Positions 37,196 to 47,279 of a stretch of DNA of 64,000 nt are shown here, one piece after another. Every line of letters starts with the position of its first letter. Position 1 is the first letter of the stretch. A program made the position numbers and the translations under genes. The DNA is from Gammaproteobacteria bacterium. GTDB taxonomy: Bacteria; Pseudomonadota; Gammaproteobacteria; Steroidobacterales; Steroidobacteraceae. The notes beneath the pieces are model-generated. The model was not told the origin of the DNA. It saw only the letters and a list, made by a program, of their open reading frames with translations, and made no database searches. The stretch is taken from NCBI GenBank assembly GCA_031431655.1, contig JANPDV010000311.1:177-64176 (forward strand). The letters run 5' to 3'.

Positions 37196-38293
37196 TCAGA
37201 GCCTCATCGGCATCACGACGTACTTCGCCGCACTGGAACCAGGCTGCGTCAGCAGGCCGCTACTGTTTGAGTCGCTCAGCCCCAACTGGACGCGATCTCC
37301 GTCGATCGCGCTGAGAGCGTCGAGCAAATAGTTGACATTGAAGCCGATCTCCATCTCCTCACCGCTGTAATCGACTTCTATCTGGTCCTCAGCCTCTTCC
37401 TGCTCCGGATTGTGTGCCATCAGCGTCAGTTGGTTGTTTTTCAACGCCAGGCGGATGCCCCGGAACTTTTCGTTGGACAGGATGGCCGTCCGCTGCAAGG
37501 CAAGCCGCAATGTCTGGCAATCGGCCTCGATCCGCTTGGTCGGAGCGCTCGGGATAACGCGGCCATATTCCGGGAACCGCCCGTCAATGAGCTTTGATGT
37601 AAAGCGAACGTCGCCGATCGTGGCACGCACGTGGCTGCTACCAATCTGCAGCTCGATGTTGCCATCGCTGCCCAGCAAACGTTGCAGCTCGGCGACACCC
37701 TTGCGCGGGATGATGACCTGTTGGCGCGTCGCCACGTTCGTTTCCAGCGGGCATTCGCACAAGGACAACCGGTGGCCGTCCGTCGCAACCGCTCGCAGCA
37801 CCTTGCCTTCGGCCTCCAGCAGCAGGCCATTGAGGTAGTAGCGAACGTCCTGCTGGGCCATGGAAAAGTGCGTCTTGTCGATCAACCGCCTGAACGCCGC
37901 CTGCGGCACCACCAGGGTCTGCAGCGCGCTGCTCTCGTCGACGACTGGAAACTCCGCTGCCGGCAGCATCGCCAGGGTGAAGCGGCTGCGGCCGGCGCGG
38001 ATCGATAGCCGCTCGCCTTCCGTTGCAATCGTTACCGCCGTCGAGTCCGGCAGCGCCTTGAGGATATCGAGGAACTTGCGACCAGGCACCGTAACGTCGC
38101 CGCTCTGTGCGCCGCTGAGTTCGCGCGTTGCGACCAGTTCGACCTCGAGGTCCGTGCCGGTCATGCTCAGCCGGTTGTTGCGGGCGCCTATCAGGACGTT
38201 GGACAAGATCGGCATGGTTTGCCGGCGTTCCACCACGCCGATTACCGCCTGCAGGGGCGCCAGGATCTCTTCGCGGGTCGCAGTGAACTTCAT
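37196..38293 (-). CDS. dnaN: DNA polymerase III beta sliding clamp
   Basis: 365 aa. MKFTATREEILAPLQAVIGVVERRQTMPILSNVL... and C-terminal YVVMPMRL are typical of DnaN. Confidence 0.95.
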   Translation of the reverse strand: MKFTATREEILAPLQAVIGVVERRQTMPILSNVLIGARNNRLSMTGTDLEVELVATRELSGAQSGDVTVPGRKFLDILKALPDSTAVTIATEGERLSIRAGRSRFTLAMLPAAEFPVVDESSALQTLVVPQAAFRRLIDKTHFSMAQQDVRYYLNGLLLEAEGKVLRAVATDGHRLSLCECPLETNVATRQQVIIPRKGVAELQRLLGSDGNIELQIGSSHVRATIGDVRFTSKLIDGRFPEYGRVIPSAPTKRIEADCQTLRLALQRTAILSNEKFRGIRLALKNNQLTLMAHNPEQEEAEDQIEVDYSGEEMEIGFNVNYLLDALSAIDGDRVQLGLSDSNSSGLLTQPGSSAAKYVVMPMRL

Positions 38294-38517
38294 GAGCGGG
38301 CTTTCTCTGAATCTGAAATCTTTGGAGGGTTGAGGATTCTAAGAGTAGTTGTTGTAGCTATAGAGCCTGTGAATGGCTGAACAACCGTTCTTATCGCAGG
38401 TAAATCAGCCTGTTGCAGCCGCTCGGGTGCGGGTGTAACAGCGGGGTGAACTGCCTGCGTGCTGTGGACGAAGTGTGCGCGATTTCGGGTGGATTGGGCA
38501 TCCACAATTTTTCCCCA
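38294..38517. promoter_or_regulatory. Candidate oriC / dnaN control region (DnaA-box-like 9-mers plus an AT-richer stretch)
   Basis: tgtggacga (38464-38472, 7/9 to TGTGGATAA), ggtggattg (38489-38497, 6/9) and gcatccaca (38498-38506, 7/9 to TTATCCACA). The AT-enriched segment 38307-38365 includes tctgaatctgaaatc. Confidence 0.45.
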
Positions 38518-39879
38518 TCATCCGGCCAGGGTCCTCAACAGGTTTGAGTAATCGTCGCGCGTCTGTGGCTCGGTTTCGCGCAGTTCGGCAATGCGTTTGC
38601 AGGCGTGCATCACGGTGGTGTGATCACGGCCGCCGAACGCATCGCCGATCTCCGGCAGGCTGCGCGTGGTCAGTTCCCGGGCGAGTGCCATTGCGACCTG
38701 GCGCGGGCGGGCGATCGAGCGGGAGCGTCGCTGCGAAGTAAGGTCGGTGACCCGGAGCTTGAAATAGTCCGCCACCGTCTTCTGGATGTTGTCGATCGTG
38801 ACGAGCTTGGCCTGCAGTGCCAGCAGGTCCTTGAGTGCCTCGGCTGCCACGTCCACCGAGAGGTCCTGACCGGTAAAACGGGCGTTTGCGATCACCCGGC
38901 GCAATGCACCCTCGAGTTCGCGCACATTGCTGCGGATGCGCTTGGCGATGAAGAAAGCCACCTCGTCGGGCACGCGGACGCCGGCCGCCTCGCCCTTGCT
39001 GATGAGGATCGCCGCGCAGGTCTCCAGTTCCGGAGGTTCGATCGCAACTGTCAGGCCCCAGCCAAACCGGGATTTCAGGCGTTCCTCCAGGCCGGTGACT
39101 TCCTTCGGATAGCGGTCGCAGGTCAGCACGACCTGCTGTTGCCCTTCGAGCAGGGCATTGAAGGTATGGAAGAACTCTTCCTGCGAACGGTCCTTGCCGG
39201 CAAAGAACTGGATGTCGTCGATCAGCAGCGCATCGAGCGAGCGGTAGGCGGTCTTGAAGTCCGCCATCTGGTTGTGCTGCAACGCCTTGACCATGTCGCC
39301 GACGAAGCGCTCGGAATGCACGTAGGCGATGCGCGCCAGCGGGTTGCGCGCGCGGATCGCATGGCCGACGGCGTGCATCAAGTGGGTCTTTCCGAGGCCG
39401 ACGCCGCCGTAGAGAAACAGCGGGTTATAGGCTCGGCCGGGATTCTCCCCGACCTGCAATGCCGCAGCCTTGGCGAGCTGGTTGCTCTTGCCGACGACGA
39501 AATTCTCGAAGGTGAACTCGGGGTTCAGGCGGCCCCCGACCACGAGCCCATCCGTGTGCCTGATGCGCCCGAAGGTCAGGCCTTCATCACTATTGCGCGG
39601 CGCTGACGGCGCTGGTTCGTTGGCAACCGCGGCCGGGCGGGAGCCCACCTCGACGGTGACGATCGGTGGGTCACCCACGGTGCTGGCGCGGATCAACTCG
39701 CCGATCCGGCCGAAGAGATTGCTCTGGATCCAGTCGACCACGAACGCGTTCGGGGCGAGGAGCTTCAGTGCTCCGTCACCCTCGATGGCCTGGAGCGGAC
39801 GCACCCAGGTGTTGTATTGCTGTTCGGGCAGTTCCTCGGCGAGCGCGCGCGCACACCGGGCCCACAGGGACGCTTCCAC
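38518..39879 (-). CDS. dnaA: Chromosomal replication initiator DnaA
   Basis: AAA+ Walker [14 protein letters not shown], box VII/sensor motifs, and C-terminal DNA-binding domain ([20 protein letters not shown]..., DHTTVMHA). GTG 39879 gives (M)[12 protein letters not shown], matching E. coli MSLSLWQQCL spacing. Alternative starts at 39894 and 39963. Confidence 0.93.
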   Translation of the reverse strand: MEASLWARCARALAEELPEQQYNTWVRPLQAIEGDGALKLLAPNAFVVDWIQSNLFGRIGELIRASTVGDPPIVTVEVGSRPAAVANEPAPSAPRNSDEGLTFGRIRHTDGLVVGGRLNPEFTFENFVVGKSNQLAKAAALQVGENPGRAYNPLFLYGGVGLGKTHLMHAVGHAIRARNPLARIAYVHSERFVGDMVKALQHNQMADFKTAYRSLDALLIDDIQFFAGKDRSQEEFFHTFNALLEGQQQVVLTCDRYPKEVTGLEERLKSRFGWGLTVAIEPPELETCAAILISKGEAAGVRVPDEVAFFIAKRIRSNVRELEGALRRVIANARFTGQDLSVDVAAEALKDLLALQAKLVTIDNIQKTVADYFKLRVTDLTSQRRSRSIARPRQVAMALARELTTRSLPEIGDAFGGRDHTTVMHACKRIAELRETEPQTRDDYSNLLRTLAG

Positions 39880-39984
39880 GCGCGGACCTACCATTCGCTC
39901 GACCGGCCAGAAAAGGGCGGGAAGTCTAACCCCAAGGCTGTACCGGCCTGAAGGCGTTTGCACCGGCGGAAGTGCCGGAACGGC

Positions 39985-40013
39985 TTGACACCCCGGACCC
40001 TGCCGCTTACGCT
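39985..40013 (+). promoter_or_regulatory. Sigma70-type promoter candidate for rpmH-rnpA
   Basis: TTGACA (39985-39990), a 17-nt spacer, then TACGCT (40008-40013), about 50 nt upstream of the rpmH ATG. Confidence 0.5.
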
Positions 40014-40063
40014 CTGCGCCCTTTTTTGCGACTGTTTTTAGGTAGTTAGGGCGGAAAATTCAA

Positions 40064-40201
40064 ATGTCGAAGCGCACTTACCAGCCGAGCAAGGTCCGCC
40101 GCGCACGCACGCACGGTTTCCGTGCCCGCATGGCGACGAAGAAGGGTCGCCAGGTCCTCGCCCGCCGTCGCGCCAAGGGTCGCAAGAAGCTGATTCCCTG
40201 A
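40064..40201 (+). CDS. rpmH: 50S ribosomal protein L34
   Basis: Hand translation gives [45 protein letters not shown] (45 aa). Too short for the ORF track. Confidence 0.95.
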   Translation: MSKRTYQPSKVRRARTHGFRARMATKKGRQVLARRRAKGRKKLIP

Positions 40202-40257
40202 CGTCCGGGGTTCCTGCTTCCAACGCCGCGCGGCCGCGCACGCCAACAGGTGCCCTC

Positions 40258-40644
40258 ATGGCCGGCGAGATCTCCGCGCGGCCTCTCGGTTACCCGCCCG
40301 CCCTGCGACTGCTGAACAAAGCAGCCTTCGAAGTGGTCTATGCTCGCGGCCGGCGTTCCGGCAACGCGGTTTTCGGGCTCAGCGTTCTGGAACGCGAGCC
40401 GGGTGCACCGCGGCTCGGAATGTCGGTAGGCGTCAAGGTTGCCGGTAGCGCGGTCGAGCGCAACCGGATCCGTCGGGTCATCCGCGAGAGCTTCCGGCTC
40501 GCGCAGCACGACCTCGCAGACCTCGACCTGGTGGTAACCGCACGCGGTGGCGCGCGCGGTGTTGCGAATGCGCAGCTGCGCGCGAGTCTGGCAGCGCTGT
40601 GGAGCAAGTGGGCCAAGCCATGCGGCGCCTCGTCCAAGCCCTGA
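40258..40644 (+). CDS. rnpA: Ribonuclease P protein component
   Basis: 128 aa. [12 protein letters not shown]..., [16 protein letters not shown] (RNR motif). Located directly after rpmH. Confidence 0.9.
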   Translation: MAGEISARPLGYPPALRLLNKAAFEVVYARGRRSGNAVFGLSVLEREPGAPRLGMSVGVKVAGSAVERNRIRRVIRESFRLAQHDLADLDLVVTARGGARGVANAQLRASLAALWSKWAKPCGASSKP

Positions 40645-40913
40645 TCCGGGCCTATCAATTGATCGTGAGCCCCTGGCTGGGGCCACGCTGCCGTTTCTAT
40701 CCTTCCTGCTCGCACTACGCCCATGAGGCGATCGGTCGCTTCGGTGCGCTGCGCGGCGGCTGGCTTGCGCTGCGGCGGCTGGGTCGCTGCCATCCGTGGC
40801 ATCCGGGCGGCATCGACATGGTGCCCGAGACGCTCGGCGCTACCGACAATGCACTCTCTCATCATCCCGATTGCGCGCACTGCGCAACGCCTAACCAGAA
40901 AGCGATGCCGTGA
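40620..40913 (+). CDS. yidD: Membrane protein insertion efficiency factor YidD
   Basis: [38 protein letters not shown]...[12 protein letters not shown]. Overlaps the rnpA 3' end as usual. Has a C-terminal extension of about 25 aa. Confidence 0.85.
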   Translation: MRRLVQALIRAYQLIVSPWLGPRCRFYPSCSHYAHEAIGRFGALRGGWLALRRLGRCHPWHPGGIDMVPETLGATDNALSHHPDCAHCATPNQKAMP

Positions 40914-42670
40914 CTTCGACGAACCTGCGAATGTTCCTGTGGGTGGGCCTGTTCCTGGCGCTGTACCTCAATTACGAAGCCTGGATGCGCGACTACGGCC
41001 CGAAGCCGGGCGCTGTGCCGCCGGCGGTAGCCACCAGCCCGTCGGAGTCCGCGCTGGGCGGCAACATTCCGAGTGCGGCAGTGCCCGCTGCAACGGGAGC
41101 GGCGACTGCTGCGGCTCCGGCCGCGGCTGCACTGGCGGCGACGCCGCCCGTGCCATCGGTCGCACCCGCCGTCAGCGCCGGCGCCGGTGCGGCGCCTGCA
41201 ACCGGCCTGGCCGAAGGTGGCGAAGTCGTAACGGTGCGGACGGACGTACTCGACCTGAAGATCGGCCTGGTGGGCGGCGAGCTCAGGCACGCCGACCTGC
41301 TCACCTATCCGCTGGTCAAGGGCGAGCAGAAGCCGGTGCGTCTCTTCACGCGCGAAGGTCGAGAAGGCTTCTTCGTGCTGCAGACCGGGCTCGCAGGCGC
41401 AACGGCGAACAGCCCGCATCCGACGCACCTGGCGGCATTCAGCGCGCCGCAGCTTTCCTACGAGATGCCGGTCGGACAGAACGAGCTGCGCGTGCCGCTG
41501 ACCTGGACCGACGGCAACGGCGTCACGGTGATGAAGACCTTCATCCTGCGCCGCGGCCAGTACCGCATCGATCTGGAGTACTCGGTACAGAACGCCGGCA
41601 GCGCGCCCTGGCAGGCTGCGTCGTATGCGCAGTTCCTGCGCGACGACATCCTGATCGAGCGCTCGATGTTCAATGTGGAGAGCTACGCGTTCAAGGGACC
41701 CTCGTACTACGACGGCACCAAGTACCACAAGCTCAGCATTACCAACGACGCGGACCGCGCGCTGTCGCGTGACATCCAGGCCGGCTGGCTCGCAGCGCTG
41801 CAGCATCACTTCGTCGCCGCGGTGGTGCCGTCCCCGGCCACGGCCTATCGATACGCCATGAAGGTGGACGGCCGCCAGTACCTGCTGTCGGCGGTCGGGC
41901 CGATGCAGACCGTGGCGCCCGGTGCGAGTGCGACGTTGAAGGAAACGCTGTTCGTCGGTCCGAAGCTGCAGGCGCAGCTGACGCTGACGGGCCCGGAGCT
42001 GGACCTGGTGGCCGACTACGGCATGCTCGCGATCCTGGCGCGGCCGCTGTTCTGGATGCTGGAGCAGGCGCACAAGATCACCGGCAACTGGGGCTGGGCG
42101 ATCATCATCATCACCTTCCTGCTGAAGCTCGCGTTCTATCCGCTGTCCGAGACCTCGGGCAAATCGATGGCGAAGATGCGCGTACTGGCGCCACGCATCA
42201 AGAACCTGCAGGACACCTACAAGGACGATCGCGAAAAGCTCGGCAAGGCGATGATGGAGATGTACCAGCGGGAGAAGATCAACCCGCTCGCCGGCTGCCT
42301 GCCGATCCTGATCCAGATGCCGGTGTTCTTCGCGTTCTACTGGGTGCTGCTCGAGAGCGTCGAGATGCGCCAGGCGCCGTTCATGGCCTGGATCCAGGAC
42401 CTGTCGGCGAAGGATCCGTTCTTCGTGCTGCCGGCGATCATGGCCGGTGCGATGTTCATTCAATACAAGCTGAATCCTGCGCCGCCGGATCCGATCCAGG
42501 CCAAGGTGTTCATGTTCCTGCCGCTGATCATGTCGGTCACGTTCGCGTTTTTCCCGGCCGGCCTGGTGCTGTACTGGGTGACGAACACCGTCCTGTCGAT
42601 CGCACAGCAGTGGAACATCAACCGGCGCATAGAAGCGGCGGCCAGGAAGGGCAAGGCCGCCGAGGCTTAG
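40910..42670 (+). CDS. yidC: Membrane protein insertase YidC
   Basis: 586 aa. GTG start overlaps the yidD TGA. Contains [46 protein letters not shown] and [16 protein letters not shown]. Confidence 0.95.
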   Translation: MTSTNLRMFLWVGLFLALYLNYEAWMRDYGPKPGAVPPAVATSPSESALGGNIPSAAVPAATGAATAAAPAAAALAATPPVPSVAPAVSAGAGAAPATGLAEGGEVVTVRTDVLDLKIGLVGGELRHADLLTYPLVKGEQKPVRLFTREGREGFFVLQTGLAGATANSPHPTHLAAFSAPQLSYEMPVGQNELRVPLTWTDGNGVTVMKTFILRRGQYRIDLEYSVQNAGSAPWQAASYAQFLRDDILIERSMFNVESYAFKGPSYYDGTKYHKLSITNDADRALSRDIQAGWLAALQHHFVAAVVPSPATAYRYAMKVDGRQYLLSAVGPMQTVAPGASATLKETLFVGPKLQAQLTLTGPELDLVADYGMLAILARPLFWMLEQAHKITGNWGWAIIIITFLLKLAFYPLSETSGKSMAKMRVLAPRIKNLQDTYKDDREKLGKAMMEMYQREKINPLAGCLPILIQMPVFFAFYWVLLESVEMRQAPFMAWIQDLSAKDPFFVLPAIMAGAMFIQYKLNPAPPDPIQAKVFMFLPLIMSVTFAFFPAGLVLYWVTNTVLSIAQQWNINRRIEAAARKGKAAEA

Positions 42671-42679
42671 AATGGTCGC

Positions 42680-44041
42680 ATGATCGGCCCCGACACCATC
42701 GTCGCCTCGGCCACGCCACCGGGTCGCGGCGGGATCGGTGTCGTTCGTGTCTCGGGTCCGGCCGTGCGCGAAATCACCGTGCTGATGCTCGGCGCTCTGC
42801 CGCGGCCGAGGTTCGCGACGCTGGCCGCGTTCCGCGACGCGTCCGGCGACAGCATCGACATCGGACTGGCCCTTTACTTCGACGCGCCGCGTTCCTACAC
42901 CGGAGAGGACGTGCTGGAGCTGCACGGACACGGCAGCCCGATCGTCGCCGAGGCACTGGTGGCACGCGTCGTCGAACTGGGGGCGCGTCGCGCGCAGCCG
43001 GGCGAGTTCACGCAGCGCGCTTACCTCAACGACAAGATCGACCTGGCCCAGGCCGAGGCGGTGGCGGACGTCGTCGATGCCGGGTCACGCGAAGCCGCGC
43101 GCGCGGCGATGCGTTCGCTGCAGGGCGAGTTCTCGGCGATGGTGGACGAACTGGTCGAAAGCGTGGTCGAACTGCGCACCTATGTGGAGGCGGCCATCGA
43201 CTTTCCGGAAGAGGAAGTGGACTTCCTCGCCGACGCCGAGCTGGCCGAGAGGTTCGACGACGTGCGCTCGCGGCTCGACCGAGTCGGGCGCAGCGCGGCG
43301 CAGGGTCGCGTGCTGCGCGATGGCATGACCGTGGTCATCGCGGGGCGGCCGAATGCCGGCAAGTCCAGCCTGCTGAACCGCCTGGCCGGCTACGACGCGG
43401 CCATCGTCACGCCGATTGCGGGCACCACGCGTGACGTGGTGCGCGTGCCGCTGGATATCGACGGCATGCCGCTGCACGTGCTGGATACTGCCGGCCTGCG
43501 TGAGGGCGTGGGCGATGAGGTGGAGCAGGAGGGAATGCGGCGCGCACGCGACGAGATGGCGCGCGCGGACCGCGTGCTGTTCGTGGTCGATGCCGCGGTC
43601 GACCCGGGCGCCCGCTCGCTGCTGGAGGAGAAAGAGCTGTTGCCGGACGGCGTGCCGATCACGCTGGTGCTGAACAAGTGCGACCTCGCCACCGGCGTGC
43701 CGCTGGAAGATACGATCACGTTGACGGGGCCGAAGTGGGTGGCGATCTCGGCGAAGACGGGCGAGGGCATGGAACTGCTGCGCGACCACCTGAAGCAGGC
43801 CATGGGCTACAGCACCCCCGAAGCCGGCGCCGTCTCGGCCCGCGCACGGCACCTCGAAGCCCTGGCGCGCGCGCGCGTGCATCTGGAGGCAGCGGCAAAC
43901 CAGCTGACCGAGACCCGCGCCGGGGAACTGGTGGCCGAGGAACTGCGCGGCGCGCAGCAGGCGCTCGGCGAGATCACCGGCGAGTTCTCCAGCGACGACC
44001 TGCTGGGGCGGATTTTCTCCAGCTTCTGCATCGGCAAGTGA
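42680..44041 (+). CDS. mnmE: tRNA modification GTPase MnmE
   Basis: 453 aa. TIVASATPPGRGGIGVVRVSG, G1 GRPNAGKSSLLN, DTAG, NKCD, and C-terminal FCIGK. Confidence 0.95.
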   Translation: MIGPDTIVASATPPGRGGIGVVRVSGPAVREITVLMLGALPRPRFATLAAFRDASGDSIDIGLALYFDAPRSYTGEDVLELHGHGSPIVAEALVARVVELGARRAQPGEFTQRAYLNDKIDLAQAEAVADVVDAGSREAARAAMRSLQGEFSAMVDELVESVVELRTYVEAAIDFPEEEVDFLADAELAERFDDVRSRLDRVGRSAAQGRVLRDGMTVVIAGRPNAGKSSLLNRLAGYDAAIVTPIAGTTRDVVRVPLDIDGMPLHVLDTAGLREGVGDEVEQEGMRRARDEMARADRVLFVVDAAVDPGARSLLEEKELLPDGVPITLVLNKCDLATGVPLEDTITLTGPKWVAISAKTGEGMELLRDHLKQAMGYSTPEAGAVSARARHLEALARARVHLEAAANQLTETRAGELVAEELRGAQQALGEITGEFSSDDLLGRIFSSFCIGK

Positions 44042-44047
44042 CGGCGC

Positions 44048-44887
44048 ATGCCTGAGGGCCCCGAGATGCGGCGCGCCGCGGATGAGCTGGCCCGGGTGCT
44101 GAAGGGCCAGGTCGCGCGCCACGTGTGGTTCAAGTTTCCCGGATTGGCGCGCGCCGGCCGAGAGCTGAGCGGGCAGACCCTGCGCGACGTCGAGGCCCGC
44201 GGCAAGGCATTGCTGCTGCACTTCTCCGGCGGTCAGAGCGTGTACACGCACAACCAGCTGTACGGCAAATGGCTGGTGGGTCCGTCAGGGACGCGACCCG
44301 AGACCGCGCGCGACCTGCGGCTGGCAGTCGAGACGCGCACCCATGCGGCGCTGCTGTACAGCGCATCGGAGATCGACGTGCTCGCGTCAGCCCGCATCGC
44401 ACAGCACCCTTACGTTGCGAAGCTTGGCGTCGAGTTGCTGGCGCCGCAGACCACCGCGGCAGATGTACTGCGCATGGTTGCAGCGCCGCGCTTCGCGCGC
44501 CGACCGCTGGGCGTGCTGCTGCTCGACCAGGGGTTCCTGGCCGGCGTCGGCAACTATCTGCGCAGCGAAATCCTGTTCGCGGCACGGCTGCACCCGGACG
44601 CGAGGCCCGCCGACCTGTCCGACGCCGAGCGGCAGCGCCTCGCGCGCGCCGCGTTACTGATTACGCGCCGCGCCTATCGCACCCGGGGCGTGACCAACAC
44701 GGCCGCGCGGGCCCGTGCCCTGAAGGCACAGGGCCTGGCATTCGCCGAGTATCGCCACTGCGTGTTCGACCGGCGCGACGCGGATTGCTACCACTGCGGC
44801 ACGTCGCGCAGTGTGCAGCGCGTGATGCATGCGGGTCGCCAGCTCTACTCCTGCCGCGTCTGCCAGCCCGAGCTGCGCCGCGCATGA
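44048..44887 (+). CDS. nei: Endonuclease VIII (Fpg/Nei family DNA glycosylase)
   Basis: MPEGPEMRRAAD..., HNQLYGKW, LLDQGFLAGVGNYLRSEILF, and a C-terminal zinc finger CYHCG...CRVCQ. Colinear by eye with E. coli Nei. Confidence 0.8.
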   Translation: MPEGPEMRRAADELARVLKGQVARHVWFKFPGLARAGRELSGQTLRDVEARGKALLLHFSGGQSVYTHNQLYGKWLVGPSGTRPETARDLRLAVETRTHAALLYSASEIDVLASARIAQHPYVAKLGVELLAPQTTAADVLRMVAAPRFARRPLGVLLLDQGFLAGVGNYLRSEILFAARLHPDARPADLSDAERQRLARAALLITRRAYRTRGVTNTAARARALKAQGLAFAEYRHCVFDRRDADCYHCGTSRSVQRVMHAGRQLYSCRVCQPELRRA

Positions 44888-45354
44888 GCCGTCGTGTCGA
44901 ACTGCCCGCCGCCTGGCGCGCGACGCTGCAGGAACTGTTCGGTGAGTCGGTCGACGACGTACGGATCTACGAACACGCGCGCCGCCTGATGCTGCACGGC
45001 CGCGCCATCGCAACCACGCGCCGCGCGCGGATCTACCTGCGCGGCTCGGCCGAGGACTTCTTCCGCGATCCGGCGCTGGTGCTGCACGAGTTCTTCCACG
45101 TGCTGCGGCAGTGGCGGCCGCGCGAGCTCACGGTGACACGCTACCTCACCGAGCTGCTGCGGCGCGGCTACTGGGACAACCGCTTCGAGGTCGAGGCGCG
45201 CGAGTTCGTCGACGATCACCTGCACCGCTTCCGGGCGCTGCTGTCGCGGCATGACGGCGCCTATCAGTCCGGTGACCCTGGCGGAGCATCGACCGTGGCG
45301 CGGATCGACCTGCGCAGCGGCAAGAAGCCGCGGTCGTCGCAGCGCGATGCGTGA
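44884..45354 (+). CDS. DUF4157-like small protein with HExxH motif
   Basis: ATG overlaps the nei TGA (ATGA). IATTRRARIYLRG... then LVLHEFFHVLRQW, reminiscent of the DUF4157 putative metallopeptidase domain. Confidence 0.5.
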   Translation: MSRRVELPAAWRATLQELFGESVDDVRIYEHARRLMLHGRAIATTRRARIYLRGSAEDFFRDPALVLHEFFHVLRQWRPRELTVTRYLTELLRRGYWDNRFEVEAREFVDDHLHRFRALLSRHDGAYQSGDPGGASTVARIDLRSGKKPRSSQRDA

Positions 45355-45369
45355 ACGCGGGCTCGGGCC

Positions 45370-46548
45370 TCAGCCCAGGATCGACTCACGTTCGTAGAGC
45401 CGCCCGGCAAGCCAGGCGAGCGCGGCGCCCAGCGCCAGGCTGACGCTCGCCGACACCAGCAGGTTCAGCGGTCCGAGCGGTTCGTCGCGCAGCAGGCTGG
45501 TCATCAGGAAGTGCTGGCTCAACGAGGGCACGGCCATCAGCGGCAGCGAGGGTTTGAGTCCCAGCAGGCCGATGAAGGCGAGCGGCAGCGTGGGCAGCAT
45601 CATCGCGAAGCCCAGGTACGACTGGGCCTCGCGGTAGCTGCGGGTGAACGAGGCAATCACGGTCATCAGCGCGGCGCCGGCGGGGATCAGCGGCATGCAC
45701 ACGCCGATCAGCCCAAGTACCGTGAGCGGCCCGAGGTTGGCCGTCATGCCGAAATCCTCGAGACGGACGAAGCGCACGGCGATCGAGCAGGCCGACACGG
45801 TCAGCACGAGCGATACGAACATGTAGGCGCAGGTGGCGAGGATCTTGCCGTAGATGATCTGGCGGCGCGGCACGGGCGTGGTCAGCAGCGCCTCCAGCGA
45901 GCCGCGTTCGCGCTCACCGGCGGTCGCATCGATCGCCAGGTATATGCCGCCCATCAGCATCGCGAAGATGATCAGGTAGCTCATGATGCCGAGCGCCAGC
46001 ACGGCGCGGCTGCGCGGCGTCGAGACGTCCAGGTCCTGCACGGCCAGCGGCGCGACGCTCAGCGGGTCGACACCGCGCGCGACCAGCCGGCTCTGCGCGA
46101 GGCCCTGGCCATAGGCGGCGAGCAGCCGCTGCACGCGGGCGACGTAGCGGCTGTTGAACATGTCGGAGTCGTCGGCGTACAGCAGCAGCGGGGCGGGCTC
46201 GGCTGCGCCGAGTCGGGCGCCGAAATCCTCTGGAATCTCCAGCACCAGTTTCTCGCGCTTGTCGAGCACCGCGGCCCGCGCGCGCGCGTCGTCCAGCGCC
46301 ACGGCGTGCACCTCGACGTTCTGCTCGCGCAGGAAGCGCACCAGGTTTGGCGCGCGCTCGACGTGCGAGACGGCGATCCGGAAGGGGGTGTCGAAGTCGC
46401 GCTCGCCGCGCTCCAGCATCAGCTGCAGCGACAGTGCCAGCAGCAGCGGTCCGATCAGCGGCCCGAACACCAGTGCCGCCAGCAGCGTGCGCCGGTCGCG
46501 CAGGTTCTCGATGAATTCCTTGCGGAACACGGTCAGCAGCGCGCGCAT
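45370..46548 (-). CDS. ABC-2 type transporter permease (NatB-like)
   Basis: 392 aa. MRALLTVFRKEFIENLRDRRTL..., a large periplasmic loop and then 5 C-terminal TM segments. Coupled to the upstream ATPase gene (TGATG). Confidence 0.7.
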   Translation of the reverse strand: MRALLTVFRKEFIENLRDRRTLLAALVFGPLIGPLLLALSLQLMLERGERDFDTPFRIAVSHVERAPNLVRFLREQNVEVHAVALDDARARAAVLDKREKLVLEIPEDFGARLGAAEPAPLLLYADDSDMFNSRYVARVQRLLAAYGQGLAQSRLVARGVDPLSVAPLAVQDLDVSTPRSRAVLALGIMSYLIIFAMLMGGIYLAIDATAGERERGSLEALLTTPVPRRQIIYGKILATCAYMFVSLVLTVSACSIAVRFVRLEDFGMTANLGPLTVLGLIGVCMPLIPAGAALMTVIASFTRSYREAQSYLGFAMMLPTLPLAFIGLLGLKPSLPLMAVPSLSQHFLMTSLLRDEPLGPLNLLVSASVSLALGAALAWLAGRLYERESILG

Positions 46549-47279
46549 CAGGCCAGGCCCTCTTCGCTGCCGATCAGCCGCACGAACGCGTCTTCCAGCG
46601 CCTCGGCACCGCCGGCGGTGCGAATGCTCTCGGGTGTGCCCTGCGCGACCACGGTGCCGCGCGCGATCACCACGATGTCATCGCAGAGCGCGGCGACTTC
46701 CTGCATCACATGGCTGGAGAACAGCACGCAGTGGCCGGCGGCCTTCAGGCGCAGCAGCAGCGCGCGCAGGTTGCGGACTGCCATCACGTCCAGGCCGTTG
46801 GTCGGCTCGTCGAGCACGACGTTGCGCGGCGCATGGATCAGCGCCCGCGCCAGCGCTGTCTTGAGGCGCTGCCCCTGCGAGAAGCCCTTCGCATGCCGGT
46901 CGGCGAACTCGCCCATCTCGAGCAGCCCGATCAGCTCGGTGGCGCGGTTCTCGCGCTGCGCGCGATCCAGGCCGTGCAGCTCGCCGAAGTACAGCATGTT
47001 CTCGCGCGCGCTGAGGTGGGGGTAGAGCCCGGACGAGTGCGACAGCACGCCAATGCGGCGCCGGGCGCCCAGCGGGTCGGCGGCGACGTCGACGCCGTCG
47101 ATCAGCGCCGCGCCCGAGTCGGCGCGCAGTACCGTGCACAGCATGCGCAGCGTGGTGGACTTGCCCGCGCCGTTGGGGCCGAGCAGCCCGGTGATGCGGC
47201 CATCGCGAGCCAGCAGGCTGACGTCGTGCACCGCCGTGACCGGCCCGAAGCGCTTGGCGAGCGAGCGCGCCTCGATCAT
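46548..47279 (-). CDS. ABC transporter ATP-binding protein (NatA-like)
   Basis: Internal ATG 47279 ([12 protein letters not shown]...). Walker A GPNGAGKSTT, signature FSQGQRLK, Walker B VVLDEPTNGLD. Confidence 0.85.
   Translation of the reverse strand: MIEARSLAKRFGPVTAVHDVSLLARDGRITGLLGPNGAGKSTTLRMLCTVLRADSGAALIDGVDVAADPLGARRRIGVLSHSSGLYPHLSARENMLYFGELHGLDRAQRENRATELIGLLEMGEFADRHAKGFSQGQRLKTALARALIHAPRNVVLDEPTNGLDVMAVRNLRALLLRLKAAGHCVLFSSHVMQEVAALCDDIVVIARGTVVAQGTPESIRTAGGAEALEDAFVRLIGSEEGLA

Noticed and set aside
39880-40063. The rpmH-dnaA spacer as the replication origin, as in Pseudomonas-type arrangements.
   Set aside because: It is short and GC-rich. I found no TTATCCACA-like 9-mers, and it is adequately explained by the rpmH promoter and the dnaA 5' region.
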